DNA of 64,000 bases from Octopus vulgaris. Its lineage: Eukaryota. This document shows positions 1 through 10,759 of the stretch, piece by piece (the stretch's first letter is position 1; each line of letters begins with the position of its first letter). The translations under genes were made by a program, and so were the position numbers. Under the pieces are notes generated by a model. The model saw only the letters and a list, made by a program, of their open reading frames with translations. It was not told the DNA's origin and did not search any database. Location of the stretch: assembly GCA_951406725.2 (NCBI GenBank), contig OX597814.1, positions 92,442,001-92,506,000 on the forward strand, written 5' to 3'.

Positions 1-738
1 TTTTCTCCGACCACTTAACTGCTGTAGTCAAATGAAATCCTCCATCGAATACCATACTTTATTGTCAGTAAAGCAGCGTGCTTTTGTTAGAAATTAATTT
101 GTTTATTGTTCTAAAAAGACAATGAATTGTCGGCGTCGGTAAAACGTCGAATGTTCATTTTAGTGTCAATCCTCTACGTCGCATGTTTGAATTTTGCCTC
201 ATTCAACTTTGTCGTTCATCTTACTGAGTTTGATAGAACAAAATACTTGTAAAGTACTGGAGTCGATTTAATTAACCAGCCCCCGCTCCAAAATATTGCT
301 GGTCTTACGCGTAAAACGGTATTTAATTAAATAACACAAGGGATTTTTACTCGTCACTCTACTGATTACAATTTCTAACGCTTTTTTACGATATGTACAA
401 GGCTTGAAATTTTGTGGGGAGATGTTAGCTGATTACATCACGACCCCAGTACTCGACTATTATTATTAAATCGATATATGAACTATTAGCATTATTATTA
501 ATAAATCGATATATGAACTTCGAATGCAAGGTCAAACTGAAGTGTTTGACCCGAACAAAAAAACAGTGTAATAGGTGTACAACATGTAGTAAACGAATAT
601 GAAAAAAAATGCGCGCTCAGGAACGGGGGATGGGGGAGAGGACTCGGAAAATTTACATCATCACCATGACCTTTAAACTCCAGTATTTGACCCGAGCAAC
701 AAAAAAAGTTTTAAATAGTGTAAGGTCGACTTGGCCTT

Positions 739-2409
739 GGTGAACTGGGCACCAACAGTGCCGGCAGCGTCGAGGCAGCCCGATGCTGCTGTCTCTTAAG
801 GTAACCATACCGTCAGGGCGGGCGACCCCGGTACTACCTTGTTGTGGTGAGAAAGTTTACACCCTTTGAGAGAAGAGCAGTTCGTGATGGCATGTCCAAC
901 TCGCGCAGGTCCCTCTCGTACGAGAGTAGCCAATGGTACCGAACCCCCACCCCCCGGCTGCCGTGAAACCGGAGCCCCGAGATGTTGTTGGGTCATCTCG
1001 AGTCGTGTGATAGCCCACCCCGGGGAATCGGCCACGATCGGGACACCCGTCGGGTACAAGCCGACCAACTAGGCGCCGGCCCGTAACTGGTTGCCGTGGG
1101 CCCGCACCGGCGTCGAACCCGGGATAGTACGGTTACCTGGCGACACAGATGGCACCTCCCCACCCAAGTATACCGGGCGTTTAGGTTGGGTCGTAATCGT
1201 AGCCTCTGTTGGTGCAGATCAGTGTGGAGACATTCTCCCTGGACGGGTGGTTCGTCCACGAAAGCCGGACGTCCCGCAATTGTATGTAGACTCTCACTTC
1301 ACCTGTGGTGGACGGGTGTTAATGTGTAGTCATGTGTTGAAAGCCCCGTCAGAAACGCGACTTATAGGGTCCCTTCCTTTCGATCACACCAATTATAGCC
1401 GCACCCGGGGATGGTTAGATGGATCCGACATGCGCACAGCCACCGACCACCATAAAACACTGGGTGATTAGGTGCGGTTATGATACGTGCATCGAGGGGT
1501 TTGCAGCCGATCCCGTAGGCGAATGTATTCACCCTTTGGACGCGTGATTCCGTCCACAAAAGCCGAGGCCCCACTTGACCTCCGCTCAGTCACCGAAGGC
1601 CTACGAAAAATAGGCGGTGGTGCTGCCCACTATAATATACCAGAGCATCCCGATAAGCGCCAAGTTTCGGATTGAGTGGCTCCGTCCACTATAAAACACC
1701 GGCGTGTTGGGGCAGATGACCCTTCTGCTCCGGTCACGCCCTTCATGTCGCACTAGTTGGGAAGCTCTTTCCTTTGACGGGTGGCACCGCCCACCTTAAT
1801 ACACCGGCACCCCAAGGTCCCCTCCGCCTATTACTGGCCTGCACGGGCGTTAGGATTCGGTGCTGGAGAGAGCCACGGTCACCAAAAGTAGGGGCCCTGA
1901 TGTGCGGCCAATTTTGCCCGGGTCTGCCGTTGGGGTTCCCTACTGCCTCGAAAGCGACCTGCACACAGGAGAGGTCAAGCGTCGGAGAGCACCAAGCTCG
2001 ATCGACCCCTCCCTGTGAGTCCCCCGCTGACACTAGGTTGCAGAGGCGATCATGCATCTTAGCCCGCACGTTAGTTGGGCGGCCTGCCAGTAGGCGATGG
2101 CGTATCTCTCAAGGCGCGACGGCACCGTCCACGGTTAAAAAAACGGGACCGGCTTCGACTTATTCGTGTGCGCGTTAGACTCGTCTCTGGTGTATTGCGA
2201 CATCACCACCCGATGGACAAGGTGCACGTGTAACTATTTGACGTTATGCATCGTGAAATAACCCACGTTACAAATGGGGATGAGCGCCGCCGCTGTGCCC
2301 TGTAGTAGCCGTCTTGGAGACCACAGGGCACCGCTGCGGTACTCTTTCCCTAGAGGGAAAGAGTGCCTTGCGGTACGTGCAGTTAGCCATATGCCTCGTC
2401 ATCTAATTA
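739..2409 (+). mobile_element. GC-rich R2-associated non-autonomous insert flanked by 28S rDNA target-site sequence
   Basis: TCTCTTAAGGTAACCATA at 792-809 and TAGCCATATGCCTCGTCATCTAATTA at 2384-2409 match the conserved 28S R2 site (CTCTCTTAAGG|TAGCCAAATGCCTCGTCATCTAATTA). Sharp GC contrast with the flanks. Interrupts a SINE: AGGTCGACTTGGCCTT at 723-738, resuming as TTAAGTACCAG after about 2420. No long ORF. Confidence 0.7.
788..940 (+). ncRNA. Degenerate HDV-like ribozyme fold (R2 5' type)
   Basis: By eye: P1 GCTGTCTC(788-795)/GAGAAAGT(849-856) with terminal G-U and one mismatch; P2 GGTACT(830-835)/GGTACC(935-940); P3 ACC/GGT; J4/2 CCAAT(930-934). L3 is TTGTTGT instead of YCCTCGY and P1.1 is not evident. 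Confidence 0.45.
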
Positions 2410-5022
2410 AGTACATCTAATTAAGTACCAGTGAAACAATGGAAATCGATGTAATTGACTAGACCCTCGCCAAAAATTTCAGACCTTGTGCCTTTAGTAG
2501 AAAGAATAGTTACTGTGTTCGTCCGTCTTAAACGCACTCTGAGTTCAAATTCCGCCGGGGTTAATTTTGCCTTATTATTGTTAAGGCAACGAGCTCGTAG
2601 AATTGGACATTCTGCGTTCAAATGCTGCCGCATTCGACTTTGCCTTTTAACCTTTCGGCGTCGATAAAACAAGCACCAGTTGACTACTGAGGTTGATTTA
2701 ATCGACTTATCCCGTCCCCCAAAAGTGCTGGCCTTGCACCAAAATTTGAAAATATTATTAATGCGGTGAGCTGGCAGAATCGTTAGCACGCCGGACAAAG
2801 TCCTGAGCAGTATTTGTCCATCTTCAAGTTCTGAGTTCAAATTTCGCAGACTTTGCTTTTCATCCTTTCGGGATCATGAAATATGTATCAGTCGAGTACT
2901 GGGGTCGTGATGTAATCAGCTAACATCTCCCCACAAAATTTTAAGCCTTGTACCTATTGTAAAAAAAGCATCAGAAATTGTAATCGGTAGAGTGACGAGT
3001 AAAATTCCTTGTGCTTTTTAATTAAATACCGTTTTGTACTGAGTTCAGATCCTTTTATTGTTCGTTCACCTTTCCTCTTTCCGCTACAGCTGTTATCGAT
3101 ATAATCAACCAATTCCCTATGTCTTAATGTGTATTAGTATGTCAAGGTAAGAAATAAATATTACTCTGGGGGTGTTACAGAACGAAAAAAAAAGATAGTA
3201 TACGGGACAACATATCTTATCGTATTTAATGGGGTTTTTTTTCTTTTTGTTCTGAGTTCAAATCCCTCTGATAAAGACATTTTTTTTATCGTTCTGAGTT
3301 TTATGAAAGAAAAAATCAGTGACGTACTAGAATCTATATAATCATCTATACCTCCAACCAAAATATGAGAACGTTTATCTATCAATGTTAGAAATTGAAA
3401 ATTATTGTTGAAAGCAGTAAATGGCAAAACTGATAGAGCGTCAATCAGAAAATGCATTTTACTCCGTTCTTGTCGAGTGTCAATCAAAAAGAGATAAGAA
3501 TAATTTAATAACAGTCGAATAATTCTGAAAACTGCAGAACACAAACCATACTTAAGTTGGTAAGTGAAAAAGTCCTTTAGCATAAATTAGATGGCGATTT
3601 ACTGACGATGGCGAACATCTATGGTAAACAACTTCGGGTGTGCTTTTGGTCTTTTAAAACCTTAACTTGGGTATAGTCCATTCACAACCGTCATGCCTTC
3701 TCGACGACAAATAGATACAGATTTTTGTGTGAAAATAATTCAGGTATTCCCGTAATTTTATTTTCAGTAACTGGATTGCTGCCGCGCTGGGGCACTGTCA
3801 AAAAAGGTTTAGTCGATCGAAGTGATCACAGTCATAACTTTTTATTTTTAGTCTGATAGCTGATCCATACATCACTTTTTGTTGAGCTGTTAAGTTACGG
3901 GGGACATAGACACACGCCAGTTGTCGAGTAAGGAGAGACAAACGCAAACACAAATACTTAGATACACACACGCAAAGATACAGATACAGACACAAGCACA
4001 CAAATACAGACATACACACACATACACACACAATCATGGCTGGTTTCGGCACAGTATCCGTCGACCAAATTCATTCATAAAAACGGTTTTGTTGTAGATG
4101 ATACTTCCCCAAGGTGCTACTCTATGGAACGGAACCCGTAATCACATAGATACAAAGATCTTGTTAACTACAGCCATACGTGTACCATGCCTCATAAGAG
4201 AAATTTAATTAATAATCTTGAAAATTCCATACATTTTATTTTGGTGAGAATGAGCTACACAATCGTCATAGAATCCACCTCAATGGAACGTGCCTTGACA
4301 AAAGCTAAATGAAAATATTTCCGTTCAAGAATTGAATGAGTTGCACAATGTTACCGTGATATGATGACGATTTCTTTCGTAAGCACAGAGCAACTGGTTT
4401 TCGTCGAAGAATGAGACAGCGAAAATTTAATGACATTTTGAAAGATAATTAGTTCCATTAATTTGTTATTATTTAGCCTCAATTAATTTATCATGGAGTA
4501 GAACGCTGAGCATTCCAGCCAAGGCTATCCCGTCATTTATATAGGATTAGTTATATAAGGCTCTATTATGTACAGTTCCTTTACGGAAATTAGCTGATAG
4601 AATCGCTTGCACGACGGACAAAGTGTTTAAGAGTCGATAGTAATCCATCATTTGAATTAGATTCGACCTCTATTTCTAGCAGATTGAGAGACAACTTAGA
4701 TGCTACCTTAATGTTGTTGAGTGTGAATAATGGACTTAAGCAATCCAGCTATGACCATTTCATCATTGTTCAAAGGTACATCATCCATGTCAGCATCATT
4801 TTCATTAATCTTTTAAAAAATGATAAAGCATCAGTAATCAACTTAGGGTCCACAAGATAGCACTGGTTGTCTCTTAGCTGTGTTCAAAATATCAAAAGGC
4901 TTTTGTGTAAAATATAGATACAATTATAGTTACATACCTTTCAACTAAGAAATAAAACTGGGAAAATGAATTTGTTATTACTTTATAAAATCGGCTTGTT
5001 GGATATATGGCTTTCACTAAAG

Positions 5023-5430
5023 TGGTGAGCTGGCAGAATCGTTAGCACGCCGGGCGAAATGCTCAGCGGTTTTTCGTCTGCCGTTACGTTCTGAGTTCAA
5101 ATTCCGCCGAGGTCGACTTCGCCTTTCATCCTTTTGGGGTCGATAAATTAAGTACCAGTTACGCACTGGGGTAGATATAATCGACTTAATCCGTTTGTCT
5201 GTCCTTGTTTGCCCTCTCTGTGTTTATCCCCTTGTGGGTAGTAAAGAAATAGGTATTTCGTCTGCGGTTACATTCTGAGTTCAAATTCCGCCGAGGTCGA
5301 CTTCGCCTTTCATCCTTTCGGGGTCGATAAAGTACCAGTTACGCACTGGGGTCGATGTAATCGACTTAATCCGTTCGTCTGTCCTTGTTTGTCCTCTCTA
5401 TATTTAGCCCCTTGTGGGCAATAAAGAAAT
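5023..5430 (+). mobile_element. tRNA-derived SINE family A (Meta-domain-like core), dimeric copy
   Basis: GGTGAGCTGGCAGAATCGTTAGCAC...GAGTTCAAATTCC head and GCCTTTCATCCTTTCGGGGTCGATAAATTAAGTACCAG core. Further copies at approximately 2757-2945(+), 6640-7000(+), 11220-11400(-), 18584-18795(+), 22820-23240(-), 50260-50408(-), 50830-51040(-), 53980-54192(-), 56590-56810(+). Confidence 0.85.
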
Positions 5431-5870
5431 ATATATGGCTTTCAGAAGCATCGGCTCCGTGAAAAAAATGTTGAGAACCAGTACAACAGGATACAAATGG
5501 AGAGCGGTGTTAACTGATATTTTTAGTAGGTTGCATCACAACATAGAGGCTTCAAGATTGTCTTGTAAAGTGAAGTAGTTCTAACTCATATCATAAGAAA
5601 GCTTTCCCTACAAACTTCCATAACATGGTTGTCAATAGAAACATGTGGTTTTGCAACACAGAATTAGAACAAAAGTCTCCGAAATGCAAGCCTTCAAAAG
5701 AATAGAAGATTGTAATAAAATGAGAAAGATAAATGTACGCTATTGACGTTGCTTGATCCCAGGTCTCATTTACATATAAAATAAGCAACCTCTATGAAAG
5801 TCTATTACAGTTCAGTACCCTCCATCCCAATTCGCTGATGATAATGAAAAGTAAACAAGCTCAAAGAAAA

Positions 5871-5901
<31 letters not shown>

Positions 5902-7603
5902 CTACGGGCTTCTTCCAGCCTCCGTCTGTCAAATCCACTTACAAGGCTTTGGTCGGACTGAGGCTAAAGTAGAAGACTCAAAGTGCCACACAGTGGGACT
6001 GAACCCTGAACCATGTGATTGGGAAGCAAACTTCTTACCACACAGCCACGCCTACACCTATTTGCAAAAATTCAATTTTTCTGCAAGTTATGAGGAAACA
6101 AAATGTTAGTGATCGGAACACTTGTGTGGGTACGTCGCTTTAAATAATGTTTTGTTTTGAATAAATTTAAGTAGACCAAGATGCGTCAAAAGCTGAAATA
6201 CAAAGACCTTCCTCGTTGTTGTTGTTATTGTGTGTTTGTTTGTGTTATTTGTTTGATTTTTGGTTTTTTTCTTTGTTCAGCTTTTGTTTTCGAAAACTAT
6301 TCTTGAAATACATTGTAATTTATTATAAGAATGTCTGTAGGAAAATAGATTTCGCAATGCGAAATTATGAAAAATTTTCAGGTCAGGCAAGCACACTCTT
6401 TGTTTAGTCCCATGTTTCATTTACAAACCAAATAGGCAACATCTCCGTAATAGTGTTTTTTTGGCTCTATGGAGTTGCTATTGTGGTGTCGTTTTTTCTT
6501 TTTATTGTTTTATCTGGCTAAAGGTCGCGGATCATTTGGTCCCTGACAACACAGGAAAAATAAATGTTTAAATTTTATTTCTATATTATTGACTATCGCA
6601 GTATGCAAGGTGTTTCAACATCATATATGTTTTATATACAGGCGAAATGCATAGTCGTATTTCGTCTGCCGTTACGTTCTGAGTTCAAATTCCGCTGAGG
6701 TCGACTTTGCCTTTCATCCTTTTGGGGTTGATAAATTAAGTACCAGTTACGTACTGAGGTCGATATAATCGACTTAATCCATTTGTCTGTCTTTGTCCTC
6801 TCTGTGTTTAGCCCGTTGTGGGTAGTAAAGAGATAGGTATTTCGTTCAAATTCCGCCGAGGTCACATTCGCCTTTTATCCTTTCGGGGTCGATTAAATAA
6901 GTACTAGTTACGCACTGGGGTCGATGTAATCGACTTAATCCCTTTCTCTGTCCTTGCTTGTCCCCTCTATGTTTAGTCTCCTGTGGGCAATAACGAGATT
7001 AATATAAAAGTAATTTCCATTTCTGCATTTAAGGCTACATAGTTGACTTTTTCACCATGTGGCTTTCTCGCCTTTCTGGAACGTCTTCCTATTTATCGAA
7101 TTGGTTCAGCCCTACTTCAAGTAATGGTTCTATAGTTCTCAATTGCTTAAATTGTAAACAAGATGCGCCCGTATATCACAAGCAGCCTCAAAAAAAAAAT
7201 GTTAAGAAACATTAGAATCGCTTTTGAACACAGTTAGTTCCAAGAAAATCCGAATAATTAACTCAAATTTTTATCGAGTCCCTGCTTTGTGTCAACTCTT
7301 GTATCAGGAATTTGATTTTCATTATCGTCCACATTTCGAAAAAGTCTCACTATAATATTTTATTATTCATGAACTCATTTCGCTGTCTGCGTTCTTTGAT
7401 TTTTCAAATTTGCACTTATATCTTCTCTCTGTTGCCAACACAGTTGAGCAAAAAAAAGATTGATAAAAGCATTTGAATTGCATCGAAAAGGTCCCCACTA
7501 ATACAGAATGGTTGGCAGCAGGTACTTCAACCAAATTGAAAGAATGATTATCACAGATCGAGAATATAGTTAGACTACTACTACTACCACTACTACTACT
7601 ATA

Positions 7604-7646
<43 letters not shown>

Positions 7647-8597
7647 TGTGTTGTTATTTAACCCAACTGATGATCGGAAGGGTTTCAGACAGGGCCGTTT
7701 CGTCTTTTTTATTCATTTATTTATTTATTTTTTAATCTTTCCTGTTTAATACAGTAATATGTAATTTGATGGAGATTTTAGAGCTGCTGTTTCTAATAAG
7801 TCGAGACACCGTGTAGATGGTTTCTTTTTTCTGTAGTATATTGATAATTGAAGATGTCTTACTATCATTTGTCTAACCATGTTTGGTATTTTGATTAAAA
7901 TATTTTTGCGTGTAGAGGAACTAAAATACCTTGAGGATTTTAAATTTTGTGTTTTACCATTCTATCCCTTCTACTATATTGTTTTATGATTTCTTACGTT
8001 TTCCGATGTCCCTTAATCTAAGTCACGTGACTAGTAAACAATGCATGACTAGTAAGCAATGCAGGGCTACTACATATTTTATGAAACCCTGAAGGACAAA
8101 ATGCAAAGTCGACTTCAAGTATATTTGGATGACGCTCCCATTTGCGAGTCCGGAACCGAATCCAATTGGGACCAAAATTTCACCATTTTATAAATTCCAC
8201 TGCCTTTGTTGCAAATAAAAATAGCTATTATTGCGAGTTCTTATATACTAGGCTACAAAATTATGAATAAAAGAAATAACAGTGACACACCATTCATTTC
8301 TCTATGGAACCCAATAATAATTATGATATCGTTTTCCTGCGACTAGAGGTAAAACATTAACATTTTAGGGAATGAAATACGGGATGTTGTGGTGTTTCGT
8401 GTTTTACTTTAGTACATGAGCATCGTTATAAACACTGGTCTTAACTTGGAGCTGCAATTAACAAGCCAATTTGTTCAATCTTGACTCTTTTTTTTCCCCT
8501 GTGTTCCTCTATAATATTTGTAATACTGGTGAGTTCCCACGCTCGTCTGATGGTGGAGTAGCCTCTAAACACCTTATCTACTGTAGTTCATCTAGAG

Positions 8598-9009
8598 CAA
8601 ATGTTCTCAGTCCATTTTGACCAAAGGTCCCCTTTTGACCCTTGGAGTCACAAATGCACCACCCCCCAGAAAATATTTTTATTTTTCAATATACTACTTA
8701 TTTTGACATCAGCAGATAATGATTAAAAACTAAAGGACGTCATTTTACATATGCGCTTGCACACAGTCTGGAGTACAGATGTACAAACTGAAATACAAAA
8801 AGATGAAATAATGAATTGAAAATTTGGTAATTGCGTTTATTTCCACCACGCGACACTTATGAGATCACCGTGTCGTCTATTGAAAGAATGCTCTTTGGTA
8901 CAAAAGAGCCCCTTTGCTCCAAAGCGCCCCCCTTGAGCGCCCTCCTCGAGCGCCCCCCTCGAGTGCTCCCCTCGAGCGCCTAACCCCCCACCCCTGTTGA
9001 GAACATGTG
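8598..9009. mobile_element. Non-autonomous hAT (Charlie-like) MITE
   Basis: Imperfect TIRs CAAATGTTCTCAG / TTGAGAACATGTG and a perfect 8-bp TSD ATCTAGAG (8590-8597, 9010-9017). Confidence 0.8.
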
Positions 9010-10231
9010 ATCTAGAGTAAACAAACAATGAGAATTCAGTGTTTCCTGCTAAATTATATTTACATAACTGAAAGATAACAAAAAGGACTCGTCAACTTTA
9101 TAATTTTGTAACTTCCACATGCTCACAACAGTGGATTGTTCTTGCTTTATGATACCAGTTTACAGTAAAGAGGACCAATAATTTCGTGAGTTTACTGTAC
9201 GATTGATAGGGGACGAGACTGTATTCTCTCCGCTTGTTTCCCAGTATACTACTGAGCTATCCAAGTTACAGTTTCCAGTTTCAACCAGAATAATTCTTTG
9301 TACCTTTCATCGTTTGCATTGGAAAAAATAGAAAATACAAAATAGATGCAAAGGTAAACATTTATAACCACATGTGATCAACATCACTTATTAAATATTT
9401 CAAATGCTTTATTCATTTCTTCCTTTCGCATCTAACTTTAACGTATATTTTATGAAGGAGAAATAAGCTCTTGCAATATTTATTTTCCTATTTTAGAATA
9501 CCATTCGACTTCAATAGAATCTACTTGTTGAAGTTTAAGTTATACACAGTCAAAGAAAATTAACATTTTGTTTTATTATGAGTGTAAATGATTAAAATAT
9601 CACATTTCATCACAGAGTCGCTAGTAAACGAGTAAAATCGATGCCCATAAAGAACTCATACTAAATTTAGTTATCATGTACAAGAGTTATAGGCAGCATC
9701 GCAATGAAATAAATTTGCGATGTATCTATATTATTAATGTTTTTTCTACATAGCATAGCGACAAGAAAATTAGCATTTTTAAAATATCATGTATCATTAC
9801 AGAGTCGTTCATGAATGAGTAAAATGCGCAAGTCACGGTCACAACATGAACTTACTCTACTAGCAATCATACTTCAGCTGGTCCACGAGCAAAGCTGACA
9901 GAGTTGCCTTGGGTTGTAGTCATAAAGCTCAATATTGGTGGGATTTCTCCTTGCTTCCTCAACGTTCCATAACTTCTGCATGTAATTCTATAAAATATTT
10001 TTTACTTATACTGAGCACGTGTGCTTTATAATAGCGAGCTGTACCTGCACGTACAACCTGCGTAAACAAGTAGTATGTTCCAGTACAGTTACTCTTAACA
10101 CAAATGAAACCCAGTCAAGTGGAGTGAGGATAGTCATAGAAACTGAGCTCTGTTATGTGCTTGATCAGGTAAACCCGTTGTTGACACCACAGCTAATAAT
10201 CACACTCCCTTAATAACTAAGATAAGCCAGC

Positions 10232-10263
<32 letters not shown>

Positions 10264-10267
<4 letters not shown>

Positions 10268-10690
10268 TAGAGATAAAACCACTACTAGGCAAATCAAACA
10301 ATGAAAAACATAAACCAAAACATAAAAATAAACATAATTAATATAATATACAAAATATATAAAATATAAAATTTAAAATTTAAATTATTTAAATTTGAAA
10401 TTTTTAATTTATATTTATAAATTTTTATATTTTTTAAATATTTTTTTAATTTTAAATTAATTATTTTTTTTATTTTTTATATATATAACTATCAAAAAGT
10501 ATTAAAAAGTTTAATATATTTTGTATATTATATTAATTTATGTTTATTTTTATGTTTTGGTTTATGTTTTTCATTGTTTGATTTGCCTAATAGTGGTTTT
10601 ATCTCTAATTTAATTTATATTTATACTGTGAAATTGGATTTAATCCTAAATCTATTTTTCCCTTTAAGTTTGGATTTACTCCTTATTATC
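10264..10690. mobile_element. Foldback element in (TA)n
   Basis: ~97-bp inverted arms 10264-10360 / 10514-10611 plus an ~80-bp unpaired tail; (TA)n on both sides; related fragment at about 34403-34430. Confidence 0.75.

Positions 10691-10759
<69 letters not shown>

Larger units (their letters stand above)
313..3035. repeat. ~146-bp inverted duplication (313-458 / 2890-3035)
   Basis: AAAACGGTATTTAATTAA...CCCCAGTACTCGACT is present in reverse complement at 2890-3035 with scattered mismatches. It includes non-SINE flanking sequence. Confidence 0.85.

Noticed and set aside
1151-2146. Six-copy motif as a CRISPR array or twister ribozymes
   Set aside because: Spacing is irregular (about 60-340 bp), the context is eukaryotic and there are no cas genes. 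The minus strand resembles a twister 3' end only superficially and lacks the conserved 5' elements.
796-2178. ORFs of 62-134 aa in the GC-rich island as real proteins
   Set aside because: Expected by chance at this GC content; no RT or nuclease motifs. The Cys/His pattern in ORF 1774-2178 resembles an R2 zinc finger too weakly to call.
2384-2409. 28S rRNA gene
   Set aside because: Only 26 nt here and about 18 nt at 792-809 match 28S; the surrounding sequence is not recognisable rRNA.
9866-9975. Candidate minus-strand exon between AG and GTAAGT
   Set aside because: All three frames contain stops and none resembles a dipeptidase.
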